Positions 25,280-39,219 are shown, numbered from the stretch's first letter. The stretch: DNA of 50,389 nt from Octopus bimaculoides (GCF_001194135.2 NC_069002.1:827067-877455), one strand, 5' to 3'. Numbers and translations: made by a program. The notes: a model not told the origin generated them from the letters alone.

Positions 25280-26530
25280 TATTCCACCACCACCACCACC
25301 ACCACCACCACCACCACTACTACTAATGATAACAAAAAAGATATTAATTATATTGATCATTATCGCCCATCGCTATTCTTACAATACGCCTGCNNNNNNN
25401 NNNNNNNNNNNNNNNNNNNNNNNNNNNNNNNNNNNNNNNNNNNNNNNNNNNNNNNNNNNNNNNNNNNNNNNNNNNNNNNNNNNNNNNNNNNNNNNNNNNN
25501 NNNNNNNNNNNNNNNNNNNNNNNNNNNNNNNNNNNNNNNNNNNNNNNNNNNNNNNNNNNNNNNNNNNNNNNNNNNNNNNNNNNNNNNNNNNNNNNNNNNN
25601 NNNNNNNNNNNNNNNNNNNNNNNNNNNNNNNNNNNNNNNNNNNNNNNNNNNNNNNNNNNNNNNNNNNNNNNNNNNNNNNNNNNNNNNNNNNNNNNNNNNN
25701 NNNNNNNNNNNNNNNNNNNNNNNNNNNNNNNNNNNNNNNNNNNNNNNNNNNNNNNNNNNNNNNNNNNNNNNNNNNNNNNNNNNNNNNNNNNNNNNNNNNN
25801 NNNNNNNNNNNNNNNNNNNNNNNNNNNNNNNNNNNNNNNNNNNNNNNNNNNNNNNNNNNNNNNNNNNNNNNNNNNNNNNNNNNNNNNNNNNNNNNNNNNN
25901 NNNNNNNNNNNNNNNNNNNNNNNNNNNNNNNNNNNNNNNNNNNNNNNNNNNNNNNNNNNNNNNNNNNNNNNNNNNNNNNNNNNNNNNNNNNNNNNNNNNN
26001 NNNNNNNNNNNNNNNNNNNNNNNNNNNNNNNNNNNNNNNNNNNGGGGTGGGGAGCGTGGGTAGAGATCACCAACAGCTGCAGTTGTCAGTCATAAAAGTT
26101 TAATGAGGTGAAGAAAACATCAAGTGATGCGCTGATTGCATCTTTGAATATATTTATAAAGTTAACACCACATAATCACCACACTTGAAAACCACCGCCA
26201 CCACCACCACCACCATCATATAACTACTACTACTACTACTACTACTAGTATCAGCGGTTAACACTCTGCGGCACGCGACCCCGATCGACTCCCGGTGTAT
26301 TGTGAAAGGTTGCGCAATGACAAAATGTTTTTAAGATCTGAAATGCGTTTCTAGATTAGATATATGAACAGTTATCTGCGCGTATTGTCATATAATATAA
26401 GCTATGGCAATAAGGAGCAGAGGGCAACATGTTCTACAGATAAAACCAGTGGATTTTTGACATCAGGAAATGGACTTGCTCGGTCACAATTTGACTTCCG
26501 CTGTATGCACACACACACACACACACACAA

Positions 26531-26573
<43 letters not shown>

Positions 26574-26686
26574 CACACACACACATATATATATATATCT
26601 GTATGTGTGTATTTATATACATGTATGTGAATATTTGTATAGATGTATATATATATATATATGCATATGTGTGTGTGTGTGTGTGT

Positions 26687-26723
<37 letters not shown>

Positions 26724-26764
26724 AGTTGTTTGTGCTTTTTAACTTGTCTTGATGTTATACCAGT

Positions 26765-26971
26765 TCACTCGACAATGGCCATTTATTTGTTTACATCCTT
26801 GTAACTTAGCACTTCGGCAAAGCAAAGATCAATAGACTAATTAGCGGACATTACAGAAAAGAACATAAAAAATAAATCGATAATAATAATAAAAAAAGAG
26901 TGTCAGTTTGATTTGATCGACTAAAACTCCGTCGATGCGATGTCCCTGGCAGTAAATCTAACGACTGAAAG
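26765..26971 (+). mobile_element. SINE family BC, degenerate 3' half
   Basis: TGTTTACATCCTTGTAACTTAGCACTTCGGCAAAAG..GATCGACTAAAAC..GACTGAAA. Confidence 0.65.
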
Positions 26972-27544
26972 CAACAACAGACTAAAAGTATAATATATTC
27001 TGTAACCTCCAATTATTCCACAGTCAACTGCATTCTCTATCAAGAACAATTCTAATCGCAACATAAACAATCAAACATGGTAAACGAACCTCAACATAAT
27101 TTCACGGAGAGATAGAAGTTTGGCTGACGATGGATGTGTTTTTTGAAAGGGAGTGTGTTGTTGTTGTTGATGCTATTTCGGCAGGACAGTCGCCTCCTTT
27201 ATCGTTTAACACACGGACTCGTTATAGTAGCTTGTAGTGTTATTTTATTAGCAAGCAACACATAGTGTTCTCAAGAGGCACATGCCAACTTAGAATATCT
27301 AAACCCTATTGATTTCCTGTCTACCCAGGGGAGACAGAACGAAACTAGACATCCTAATACACGTACATGTGGACATACATAGCTGTATGCACATACACAT
27401 ACACGCATACGCACACACACACACACACACATACACATAAAAATGTCCATGCATATATCTTTTATATGTAAACGTTTAAAAAATTAGTTGAAGATAAAGA
27501 ATTTATAAAATATATGTATATTTATATGCAACTATATATATGTA

Positions 27545-27622
<78 letters not shown>

Positions 27623-28358
27623 NNNNNNNNNNNNNNNNNNNNNNNNNNNNNNNNNNNNNNNNNNNNNNNNNNNNNNNNNNNNNNNNNNNNNNNNNNNNNN
27701 NNNNNNNNNNNNNNNNNNNNNNNNNNNNNNNNNNNNNNNNNNNNNNNNNNNNNNNNNNNNNNNNNNNNNNNNNNNNNNNNNNNNNNNNNNNNNNNNNNNN
27801 NNNNNNNNNNNNNNNNNNNNNNNNNNNNNNNNNNNNNNNNNNNNNNNNNNNNNNNNNNNNNNNNNNNNNNNNNNNNNNNNNNNNNNNNNNNNNNNNNNNN
27901 NNNNNNNNNNNNNNNNNNNNNNNNNNNNNNNNNNNNNNNNNNNNNNNNNNNNNNNNNNNNNNNNNNNNNNNNNNNNNNNNNNNNNNNNNNNNNNNNNNNN
28001 NNNNNNNNNNNNNNNNNNNNNNNNNNNNNNNNNNNNNNNNNNNNNNNNNNNNNNNNNNNNNNNNNNNNNNNNNNNNNNTATATATATATATATATATATC
28101 GGATTATCTGCTTATGTCATGCAGTATAACGAAGGGGGCTAAATTAAAACTTCGAAGTCACTATCATCTATAAAAATAAAATGCGTCACCGTGTTTGGTG
28201 CTAGCATCGTTCTTGAGTTACATTGTTACGCACTACGCTCTGGCCTCTCTCTTGATTCGTATGTGGAATTTGAACCCAGAAACGGTTTCTATAAAGCAGT
28301 AAGTCCCACGTTCTAGGAATTATTCCAGTCCAGTCGCGTGGACTGCAAATTATTTGGT

Positions 28359-28472
28359 GATACCCCAAAAATGACTGCATATTAAAGCTGACGTCGGCCG
28401 GATTTGAACTCGGAGCGTGGAGAATAGGGACAACTACCAAGAGGCATCTTGACTGACACTCTATCAATTCGC
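28359..28472 (-). mobile_element. SINE family A, old fragment
   Basis: GACGTCGGCCGGATTTGAACTCGGAGCGT is the reverse of the B-box region. Confidence 0.5.
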
Positions 28473-28915
28473 TGAGTAATGTGCTCATGAGCACACACAC
28501 ACACACACACACACACACATTCAGACACATACATATATACACATATGTGTCTATCTCTATATAAATGTATGTATAATTGAACTATTTATGTCACTCCTTC
28601 ATATATTAGCACTTATCTCTGTGTATGTCTATATATATATAATATATATGTGTAGATATATATAGTTATATATAATATATATACATATATATATATACAT
28701 ATGTGGATATATACATATACTTATGCATGTACACACGCGCGCGTACGCACATATATATATGTTTACATTAAGCTCTTATCAATAATGTAAGCGATACGGT
28801 TTCAAATGATAATGAGATTGCAGAATGAAAACTGTTGACATAAGGAAAACAAAAATATACAAGCAAATAAAGCAAAAAAAAAGTGAATAACTAATATAAA
28901 CAAATAAACAAAACA

Positions 28916-28951
28916 AACAACAAAAGCAACAACAAAAGCAACAACAAAAGC
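28916..28951 (+). repeat. 12-bp tandem repeat AACAACAAAAGC x3
   Basis: Direct reading. Confidence 0.8.
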
Positions 28952-29440
28952 AAAACAGTAAACAAAAGAAGAAAAATACATATAAGCAGCTTCAAATGAA
29001 ATTAGAGTGACAGGGTGTGAGGGTGGGCGGAGGTGGCTCATCGGGTGGCATGGTTAAAGGGGTGGGGATCGAGTATAGTGTGTGTGGGGTGGGGGGTGAG
29101 ACGGGTCGGGGGTGACTGGAATGGTCGTAACTATAAACCGAATGTTATGATAAAAAAATATGCAAAGAGGCACAGATATAAATGTATAAATTTACACACA
29201 CACTCAAATGTGTGTGTGTGTGTATGCTGCATATGTGTATGTGCATATATATATATATATATGTGTGTGTATGTGTGAGGGTGAGTGCGTGTGTGTGTTT
29301 GGGTTTTTTAATTATGCGTCTTTGTGTGTATGTACATACATACACACATATGTGTACGTTTGCATACACGCGAACACACATTTATATATAAATGTATGCA
29401 AATATTTTAAATGTAAGTGTATGTATATAACATCTCTCTC

Positions 29441-29479
<39 letters not shown>

Positions 29480-29825
29480 NNNNNNNNNNNNNNNNNNNNN
29501 NNNNNNNNNNNNNNNNNNNNNNNNNNNNNNNNNNNNNNNNNNNNNNNNNNNNNNNNNNNNNNNNNNNNNNNNNNNNNNNNNNNNNNNNNNNNNNNNNNNN
29601 NNNNNNNNNNNNNNNNNNNNNNNNNNNNNNNNNNNNNNNNNNNNNNNNNNNNNNNNNNNNNNNNNNNNNNNNNNNNNNNNNNNNNNNNNNNNNNNNNNNN
29701 NNNNNNNNNNNNNNNNNNNNNNNNNNNNNNNNNNNNNNNNNNNNNNNNNNNNNNNNNNNNNNNNNNATATATATATATAAATATATATATATATATGTGT
29801 CTGTGTGATTACGTACAACTACGAA

Positions 29826-29996
29826 GTCGCATGGCTCAGTGGGTAGAGCATCAGGCTTACACTCGTGTGGTTTTGAGATCAATTCCCTGACCGGCTGTGT
29901 AAGAAATTTTAATTTCCCGTCATTTCAGTCCACTCAGCTGTAGAAATGAGTAGTGACATCACTGGTGCCAAGCTGTATCGGCCCCTTTGTCTTTCC
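29826..29996 (+). mobile_element. tRNA-derived SINE, internally deleted
   Basis: A box TGGCTCAGTGG, decayed B box GAGATCAATTCC, then CAGTCCACTCAGCTGTAGAAATGAGT..GACATCACTGGTGCCAAGCTGTATCGGCC. Confidence 0.75.
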
Positions 29997-30184
29997 TTTT
30001 TATCCCCCTCTCTCACACACATAGAAAAACATACACACATGATGCATAGTTGGTAGTATATATATACAATGCATAAACATATACCTACACAAGACATGCA
30101 GTTACACGCACACATATTATATGCATGTTTATAAATACATACATATATATCTGCATATATATATATATATATATATATACAAAC

Positions 30185-30260
<76 letters not shown>

Positions 30261-30746
30261 GCACACACATATACATGCACACACTCTCATATGTACACAC
30301 ATATATATTTATACAAAAACAGTCAATATAATTTAAAATGGTTTCACTTTTGCGACACCCTTCTATCTTGATCTGTCATCGGAAAGGGATTAAGAACCCA
30401 AGAATTTTGGGTTCCTCCCTCGTAATATTAACTTATTCGGGTCTTCTTAACATTTCTCTTCACAGATGTTTTCTTCCACGTTTACATTACAACAGAACAG
30501 ATACTTGTTATTGTTGTTGTTGTTATCCTGTTGTATTTTTCAAACAATCGTGGATGTCTTTCGCAAGAAATTTCGGGTTTCGATCTGCCTCAATTCCCCC
30601 TTTTAGAAGATGCAGAAAAATTGGGTATCGATGCATTTTCTTTCAACCCATGCCTCTAAGACGGCATTGCATCGTTATGCAAATCAGACAAACCTCATCA
30701 TTTATGCTCGGTGTGCGTATAACAGTGTGATCTTAATATCTTATTT

Positions 30747-30852
30747 GGAGGCACATGGTCTAGTGGTTAGAGTAATGACTCGCGGTCGAGGGATCACGGG
30801 TTCGAATCTCAGACCGGGAGATGTGTATGTTTATAAGCGAAACACCTAAGCT
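30747..30852 (+). mobile_element. tRNA-derived SINE head, 3'-truncated
   Basis: GGAGGCACATGGTCTAGTGG (A box) and GGTTCGAATC (B box), no acceptor-stem pairing, continuing into non-tRNA AGCGAAACACCTAAGCT. Confidence 0.7.
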
Positions 30853-31503
30853 AAACAGAGATAAACACTAATTCACTTGCATGTACAATTACACATTCCT
30901 AACAGCAGGAGTAGCAGCAGCAGTAGCAGCAGCAACAACAAAAACAACAATAATAACGATATACTCAAAGAATGTTGGGGAGAAAATCACGCAAATATGC
31001 AAACATAAAAATATATATGAAATTTTATATTAAAAACGCACGCACACATACAGACACACACAAATATTTACTGATAAAAATGCGCATATAAATAGGTATA
31101 CACACACATATATGACCATACATGTAATATTTATGTTTTATATATATATGTTTTATATATATATATACACACCCATACACACACACCGCACACATATGTG
31201 TATATGTACACATACCTGTATATGCATACACACAGCCACTCACAAACACTAATGCAGACTTCGCTAACAGATAGAAGTATATTGCTACCCAAGTGACATT
31301 GGTCTGGGGCCAAACTTGCCCCATATTACACAAGAGGAATCATCCAATCACATTTGCAACACGGAAGGAAAGCTAAAAATGAAAAGAAAAAAATCTATTG
31401 TAGCCATGTGCACACATACACACACCAACTTATATACACGTCAAAGTAATGTTCGTACGTAAATATATATGTTTTATATACGTATGTTTATATGAAAGGA
31501 AAC

Positions 31504-31717
31504 CAGCTGAACAGGTTATTCAGAGTGGATCAGAAGAGATTCTAATAAAGAAATAAATGGAGAGTGTACAGATCAAAAGTTAATACCAAATAATATTGAA
31601 AGCCAAAGGTTTTGGAGTGACATCTGGAGCAAAGACAAGGAGCACAAGAAGGATGCTGAATGTTTGCAAGAACTGAAACAAACAGTAGTCTGTCCAAAAC
31701 AGGCAGAACTAATCATT
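31504..31717 (+). mobile_element. Internal pre-RT fragment of an R4/Dong-type non-LTR retrotransposon
   Basis: QLNRLFRVDQKRF (frameshift) YKEINGECTDQKLIPNNIESQRFWSDIWSKDKEHKKDAECLQELKQ carries the recalled QN.LF..DQK.FY and FW..IW motifs that precede RT. It is too short for the supplied ORF track. Confidence 0.75.
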
Positions 31718-31984
31718 TTGTTGTAACAAACGACCGGTCAAACTTTTAGGAAAGTTCGTTTTCCAAGATATTTCTTCCAAAGAGGGAGTGTTTTTAGAGC
31801 ACTCGCTTTTATTCTACCATGTATTGTCCGTTGTTGTAATTACCTTTCGGATGATGATAATGATGATGATGATGGTGATAATCATTGTTTATAATATTTT
31901 TGCGATAAATAATTACGATAATAGAATTACATCTGTGTGTGTATGTGTGTGTGTATGTTTGTGTGTACGTACATACATATAAAA

Positions 31985-32031
<47 letters not shown>

Positions 32032-32603
32032 TTCTATATATATATATTTATGTATATATGTACATTATATATACGTATGTATGTAATATATATACTCTAT
32101 ACTCTATATACTCTACGACATTTCATTTCGTTTTCACCCTATTTTAATTGTTGATTATGTTGATTGAGCTTGTCATTGTTTATTGATGTTTTTTGTTGTT
32201 GTTGCTCGCGATATATTTCTTCGCTACAAAATATTTTAAGTGAATTTAGCGTTCCATTCTTCCTTCCTTCCGTCCTTTCTTTCTTTCTTTCCTTCTTTTT
32301 CTTTTAGTTTGCGAGTGTTTTCTTTTATTCGTCTGGAATATTCTTTCAGTACAACAAAATTAATTTTCCTATTGAGTAATTAAATCATGAAAACACGAGA
32401 AAAATAAAAATTAAAATATTGACATACACAGACACACTTATACAAACTTATCCGTATATGTGCATACCTACGCATATACGTCTTACTGTCTCTCTCNNNN
32501 NNNNNNNNNNNNNNNNNNNNNNNNNNNNNNNNNNNNNNNNNNNNNNNNNNNNNNNNNNNNNNNNNNNNNNNNNNNNNNNNNNNNNATATATATATATATA
32601 TAA

Positions 32604-32637
<34 letters not shown>

Positions 32638-33044
32638 GTATATACACATAAAACTTCGAGTCACAGTTTAGATGTAATTACATTACATCTAACGCTACAA
32701 GTAGCTTAGCGAAGAAGCATTCTTTAATTTCACTGTGCTCCCCCTCCCAACAGAGACCGTATTGTTGAAGTACTATGTTGAAAACTAAGTGTTGGTGAAA
32801 CAGATATGTCTCCAAATCAACACTCTCAACGCTTCACATACATACACTCCCTAACACATCTATATACCATGTTCGTACACACACACACACACACACACGT
32901 GTGTGTGTGTGTGTGTGAGTGTATATGTATTTATGTATGCCTATGTGTTTGTAACTATGTGTATGTACGTTTGATTGTTTGCATGTATGTGTATATGTAT
33001 ACATCTACATTTCCTGATCTTTGTGTGTGTATCTGTTGACCCGC

Positions 33045-33103
<59 letters not shown>

Positions 33104-33205
33104 AATCTATTTACCTATCTATCTTTATCTGTCTATCTATCAGTCTTTCTGTCTGTTAGTCTGTTTAGATCTCTCGTTCTCTCTCTCCCTCTTTCTCTCT
33201 TTGCA

Positions 33206-33242
<37 letters not shown>

Positions 33243-34104
33243 NNNNNNNNNNNNNNNNNNNNNNNNNNNNNNNNNNNNNNNNNNNNNNNNNNNNNNNNNN
33301 NNNNNNNNNNNNNNNNNNNNNNNNNNNNNNNNNNNNNNNNNNNNNNNNNNNNNNNNNNNNNNNNNNNNNNNNNNNNNNNNNNNNNNNNNNNNNNNNNNNN
33401 NNNNNNNNNNNNNNNNNNNNNNNNNNNNNNNNNNNNNNNNNNNNNNNNNNNNNNNNNNNNNNNNNNNNNNNNNNNNNNNNNNNNNNNNNNNNNNNNNNNN
33501 NNNNNNNNNNNNNNNNNNNNNNNNNNNNNNNNNNNNNNNNNNNNNNNNNNNNNNNNNNNNNNNNNNNNNNNNNNNNNNNNNNNNNNNNNNNNNNNNNNNN
33601 NNNNNNNNNNNNNNNNNNNNNNNNNNNNNNNNNNNNNNNNNNNNNNNNNNNNNNNNNNNNNNNNNNNNNNNNNNNNNNNNNNNNNNNNNNNNNNNNNNNN
33701 NNNNNNNNNNNNNNNNNNNNNNNNNNNNNNNNNNNNNNNNNNNNNNNNNNNNNNNNNNNNNNNNNNNNNNNNNNNNNNNNNNNNNNNNNNNNNNNNNNNN
33801 NNNNNNNNNNNNNNNNNNNNNNNNNNNNNNNNNNNNNNNNNNNNNNNNNNNNNNNNNNNNNNNNNNNNNNNNNNNNNNNNNNNNNNNNNNNNNNNNNNNN
33901 NNNNNNNNNNNNNNNNNNNNNNNNNNNNNNNNNNNNNNNNNNNNNNNNNNNNNNNNNNNNNNNNNNNNNNNNNNNNNNNNNNNNNNNNNNNNNNNNNNNN
34001 NNNNNNNNNNNNNNNNNNNNNNNNNNNNNNNNNNNNNNNNNNNNNNNNNNNNNNNNNNNNNNNNNNNNNNNNNNNNNNNNNNNNNNNNNNNNNNNNNNNN
34101 NNNN

Positions 34105-34135
<31 letters not shown>

Positions 34136-34453
34136 TTATTCATGTATATGTATATACGATTAATACACACACTCACACAACAATATGGAATACAGAAATA
34201 GAAAATAGTTCCATGTTGTGTCTCCCTAAAAGTAATAAAAACACGTTGTTGTTAAAATTTGCCAGATTAACTGACACCATCTTCTCCACTCCTACATCAT
34301 CGCACTCATTTCTTCGCAATGGCTTCTGTTATTTTCTGGTTGCGTTGAAGTGAGTGTTGTTGTTGTTGTTAATGGTGATGATGATGTTGTTTGTGTTGGC
34401 GTCTTTGTTGCTGTGCTTCAGGATGAATTTATTTAACAGCTCTCCTCTCCGTA

Positions 34454-34460
34454 TTCTTCT

Positions 34461-34492
<32 letters not shown>

Positions 34493-34583
34493 TTCTTCTT
34501 CTTCTTCTTCTTCTTCTTCTTCTTCTTCTTCTTCTTCTTCTTCTTCTTCTTCTTCTTCTTCTTCTTCTTCTTCTTCTTCTTCT
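34454..34583. repeat. (TCT)n microsatellite running into a gap
   Basis: Direct reading. Confidence 0.95.
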
Positions 34584-35170
34584 NNNNNNNNNNNNNNNNN
34601 NNNNNNNNNNNNNNNNNNNNNNNNNNNNNNNNNNNNNNNNNNNNNNNNNNNNNNNNNNNNNNNNNNNNNNNNNNNNNNNNNNNNNNNNNNNNNNNNNNNN
34701 NNNNNNNNNNNNNNNNNNNNNNNNNNNNNNNNNNNNNNNNNNNNNNNNNNNNNNNNNNNNNNNNNNNNNNNNNNNNNNNNNNNNNNNNNNNNNNNNNNNN
34801 NNNNNNNNNNNNNNNNNNNNNCCACCACCACCACCGCCGCCGCCGCCATGTAACGCCATCTTGCACTATATACCCTATCCTATATCCATTTTCTTGCAAC
34901 GGTCACTTAATACTGATTAATAGATATGTGATGGGATATCGTTATCGTTATAAAGATATCCTAATAGATAGAAACATAGTAGGATAATGATTCTACGGCG
35001 CGTTACATATACGTCGGTTCATATACACACAGCGGCACAGAGACATGCTCGCTCACACAAGTGTGAGAGAATGGTTATGTGTGTCGGTTGGTATATATAT
35101 ATATATATATATATATATGTCTGTCTGTCTGTCTATTTATCTATCTGTCTGTCTGTCTGTCTGTCTGTAT

Positions 35171-35397
35171 TCTTTTACCTATTTTTCCTTTTCCTTGTTT
35201 CAGTGATATGATTGCGGCCATGCTGGAGCACTACCTTTAGGGAGCTTGCAGTGAAAGAAATCGACCCCAGGATTTATTCTTTGTAAGCCTAGTACTTATT
35301 CTATCATTCTCCTCTGAAGACTCGGCAATTTGCGGGTAAGTAAACAAACCAGCCTCGGTTGTCGAGCGATGGTAGGGATACAAACGTCGACACAAAC
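35171..35397 (-). mobile_element. SINE family BC, 3' half, followed by expanded degenerate (CA)/(TA) sequence
   Basis: TTGTTTCAGT..TGCGGCCATGCTGGAGCAC..GAAATCGACCCCAGGATTTATTCTTTGTAAGCCTAGTACTTATTCTATC..TCGGTTGTCGAGCGATGG. Confidence 0.85.
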
Positions 35398-37170
35398 GCA
35401 TACACACACACACGTTTATATATTGGTGTATATACTTATATACATATGCAAACACATGTTTATATGCATGCATTCTCACAAACACATATATGGAGATACA
35501 GACGCACATACACACACGCCTATAAGTACATGTTCGTTATACACATATGCAAACATATAAGCATCTGTCTACATCCACTTCCGTGTTTTTGCCTGTGTGT
35601 GAGTGTACATCCATATATACGTACACACTCACAGTTACACTATCGGTACCTCCACCGATTGGCTCCGGTATCGGTACCACAAAACCGTAATATCGGTTAC
35701 AGTAGTTACTAAGGCTGGATGACATGCAATCAGTATAGTTCTTATCAATCCGGGTTTTACGTCAATATTTGATATCAAGAGGAATATCGTGGCATCGCTT
35801 CACTTAGTTTAAGAGTTGTATTGCAAAACTGAATGACTCTAGTCTTCGTCACAGCATCAATGGAAGTACAAAGGTAGAGTGTATATAAGGGGACCCCCCA
35901 ACCTGATGGTGGCAGACTGGTATCGAACGGTGGATTTTTTGGGGACCGGTCTCAAGTGTGTTTTGTTCGACGTGCTAACCATAATTAGCACATGGAGTTA
36001 CACAACAACGTCGCCAAAACTACCATTCTCAGCACTAGCACCACCACCACCACCACCATGACTATCACCACCGCTATCCCCGCGATCTCAACCCCCATCA
36101 CCACTCTCTGAATGACCTCTGCTACCACGACCACCAGAAATACGATGATGACGATGACAACTGTCACACCATCAACAACACAATGATCAACGCTGACGTC
36201 GCCAGCATCACCACCCGTACTGCTACCCCCACCACCACTAGCATCACCGTCAACACTGCTCCATACCAACATCACCACGACCACCACTACCGATGCTGTG
36301 TAACAGGGTACGACGTAGTTAAGCACAATCTACCGACCGCATCAAATCGTGAAGATGAAATCGTCAACTCCGAAGCATCATCGGCGACATCAATAAGAAC
36401 GATTAAATCAACAACAACAACAACAGCAGCAGCAGCAGCAGCAATAACAACAACAACATCAACAACAACACTGCTCATATAAACAACAACTAACAAGAAC
36501 GACGAGAGCGATGTTGAGATCAATGTGACATCACGGATGACTAATGGCTGACTCAGTAAACTGACAGAGAGAATATCAATACGTTGTTGTTGTCGTTGTT
36601 GATGCTGTTGATGATGGTGATGATGTTGTTGTTGCAACTGTTATTGTTGTACATGTTGATGTTGATGATGATAATGAGGTCGACGAATATCAACAGATTA
36701 TTGTTGTTGGTGATGACAATGATGATGATGACGATGATGATGAGGTCGATGGCGGCAGTGACAACGATAGTGATTGTAATGATGATGATAATGGTGGTGG
36801 TGGTGGTGGTGATGATGATGGTTTGCAATTGTCATTAATCTGGCACGTAAAATCTCATTAGAGTTAATTTCATGATTATCATAATCATCATCACCATCAT
36901 CACCATTAGTATCATTAATCGTAATCATCCTGATGTTCATCACAATCACCATCATCATCATCATCATCATCATCATCGTCACCACCATCACCATCATCGT
37001 CAGCATCGTTATCATCAACAACATCTTAACCATCCTCGCCCACGTCAGCATCATTGCCTTCATGAGAATTATGATCATCATAGGTACCGTCCTCCTCCTC
37101 TTCTTCATCTTCATCACCGTAGTTGTTATGATGAGCAATGACATTATTATTATTATTTTTATGAAAATAC

Positions 37171-37411
37171 TTTTGTGTTTCGATCCAATATGAAAGTGGA
37201 AATGTTTAAGAGGAGTTCCATTGCTGTTAACCTTTAAACTTATCGATGAGTATCGAAGATTTTGCCGTAGACAAACACACTACACCTCGCTGATAACCCA
37301 TATTACTGCAGCGGGCATCCGCCACCCCGACACGCCCCAGTAATATGGAAACAAGAGTGGGTGCGTGGGTGGAACGTGGGTACTCGTTAAAAGGATTAGA
37401 AATCGTTGCGG
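37171..37411 (-). repeat. Unclassified ~240-bp dispersed repeat, copy A (inverted relative to copy B)
   Basis: Reverse complement of 41751-41995 along its length, e.g. GCTGTTAACCTTTAAACTTATCGATGAGTATCGAAGAT. Confidence 0.9.
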
Positions 37412-37600
37412 AACTGTTTATGGGGGGGGGGAGTGAGATGATATGCACAGCCATTGTATGTATGCCTGCTTGTATGTATGTATGTATGTACGTATGTATA
37501 CATGCTTATATACGCATATACAATCGTGTATGTATGTATATGTATACATATACATGTGCATATATATATGTATATACATATATATAATTTTGCTTGTTTT

Positions 37601-37720
37601 GTGGTAGTGGAGACAAATACAGGCACAAAGACACACAAATATACATACATAAATGTATATATATTTACATACACGACAGGCTTCTTTCAGTTTCCGTCTA
37701 CCAAATTCAATCTCAAGGTT
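37601..37720 (-). mobile_element. SINE family BC middle part spanning the internal microsatellite
   Basis: GGAGACAAATACAGGCACAAAGACACAC, then (TA/CA), then ACGACAGGCTTCTTTCAGTTTCCGTCTACCAAAT. Confidence 0.75.
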
Positions 37721-37734
37721 TAGGTTATTGGTTA

Positions 37735-38480
37735 TTACCGATTTAGTTTCGGATTTAAAATTCTTATAAATCTTCTTTTGCCTTACATAGTTGATCTTTA
37801 CTTTTTATTTTGAAGAATGGAAATATTTTGAATTTTCAATGTGTACAAATGTCTAGATGCTCACTAAATGAAACAAAGGATAAATATTTGATTTGTTCGA
37901 TGTATTTATTTTGATCGTGTTTCGTCGATATATTTCTCATTGCATTGCGAGCTTGTTATGAGCTATCTTTGTTTTGTAATTCATATTTGCATCAACCTTC
38001 AATTCCTTCCCATTCGTGAATAGTTTTGTTCCCTGATCTCTTATTTCTCACATCGCACAACAAGGGGATCCGCTGATGGTGACCTACATTATTTATTATG
38101 AAGTGAATTCCACCTTTGTGAAGAGTTCTTTTAAGATTTAGCAGTCGTGTTCGGCTGTTGATAATTTGTATTCATTAATTTTTATCACAAAATTTAATTA
38201 ACACAAATAAATTTGTGATAATTAATTTTTCTCAGATTTGTTGATTGGTGTGGAATTGAAAAATATCGTTTGGCCGAAAGCAAGATATTGTGGTTTCCGG
38301 GATTATGGGTGACTACAAATGGAGTATTCATATTTGTGCTCCTGTCTTCTCTCAATGTGAGACAGATTGAGTCTGTAACTAGTGAGCATGTACGTCTTGC
38401 CATATTGAATAAGATGTTCTTTCTAGTGTTGGATGGGTGGCAAGGTCTAAATTTCAGATATTGGTGTGTGCAGATGCCCT
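37735..38480 (-). mobile_element. Decayed Penelope-like element: RT C-terminus (thumb) and GIY-YIG endonuclease
   Basis: Minus-strand segments, with frameshifts and stops: THQYLKFRPCHPSNTRKNILFNMARRTCSLVT; TPFVVTHNPGNHNI; INSR..LNLKR/LFTKVEF; FTNGKELKVDANMNYK; CNEKYIDET (YIG to YID); SEHLDIC..KFKIFPFFKI; [11 protein letters not shown] stop (37735-37737). Order and motifs match PLE RT-GIY-YIG ORFs. Confidence 0.85.
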
Positions 38481-39219
38481 TACATTAGAGATCGCAACAT
38501 TTAAAGATTTAAAAAAATATAAACATTAATTTTTAATTTAAGAAAACCTTCAAATATTGTGACTGTCAAGAATTCTTCNNNNNNNNNNNNNNNNNNNNNN
38601 NNNNNNNNNNNNNNNNNNNNNNNNNNNNNNNNNNNNNNNNNNNNNNNNNNNNNNNNNNNNNNNNNNNNNNNNNNNNNNNNNNNNNNNNNNNNNNNNNNNN
38701 NNNNNNNNNNNNNNNNNNNNNNNNNNNNNNNNNNNNNNNNNNNNNNNNNNNNNNNNNNNNNNNNNNNNNNNNNNNNNNNNNNNNNNNNNNNNNNNNNNNN
38801 NNNNNNNNNNNNNNNNNNNNNNNNNNNNNNNNNNNNNNNNNNNNNNNNNNNNNNNNNNNNNNNNNNNNNNNNNNNNNNNNNNNNNNNNNNNNNNNNNNNN
38901 NNNNNNNNNNNNNNNNNNNNNNNNNNNNNNNNNNNNNNNNNNNNATATATATATATATATATACATGTATCTATTCATTTTTCTATCCACTTCAGTAGAT
39001 ACATGCTGAAAAATAGATAAAAATATATAACATAGATAGAGAGGAAGAGCTATACAGATATTCTGTTCAATATTTCTATGGGATCTCATTCCAGACCTTT
39101 TCAGTCCCTCAGAATGTTTAGGTATTCCTTATCTTCAAAGCATTCATGGTGTTTAACCCTGCTGAGTGAAACGTCTCCCGGGGCGGCAGGAGCGGAGGCC
39201 ACAGAAAGAATAGCAAGAA

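Noticed and set aside
30466-30606. Signal-peptide-like frame MFSSTFTLQQNRYLLLLLLLSCC after a good acceptor
   Set aside because: The hydrophobic run is a (TTG)n microsatellite, the frame stops after 46 codons, and there is no convincing donor.
30747-30822. Possible tRNA gene (also the heads at 21385 and 29826)
   Set aside because: A and B boxes are present, but there is no convincing cloverleaf or acceptor stem and the sequence continues into SINE body.
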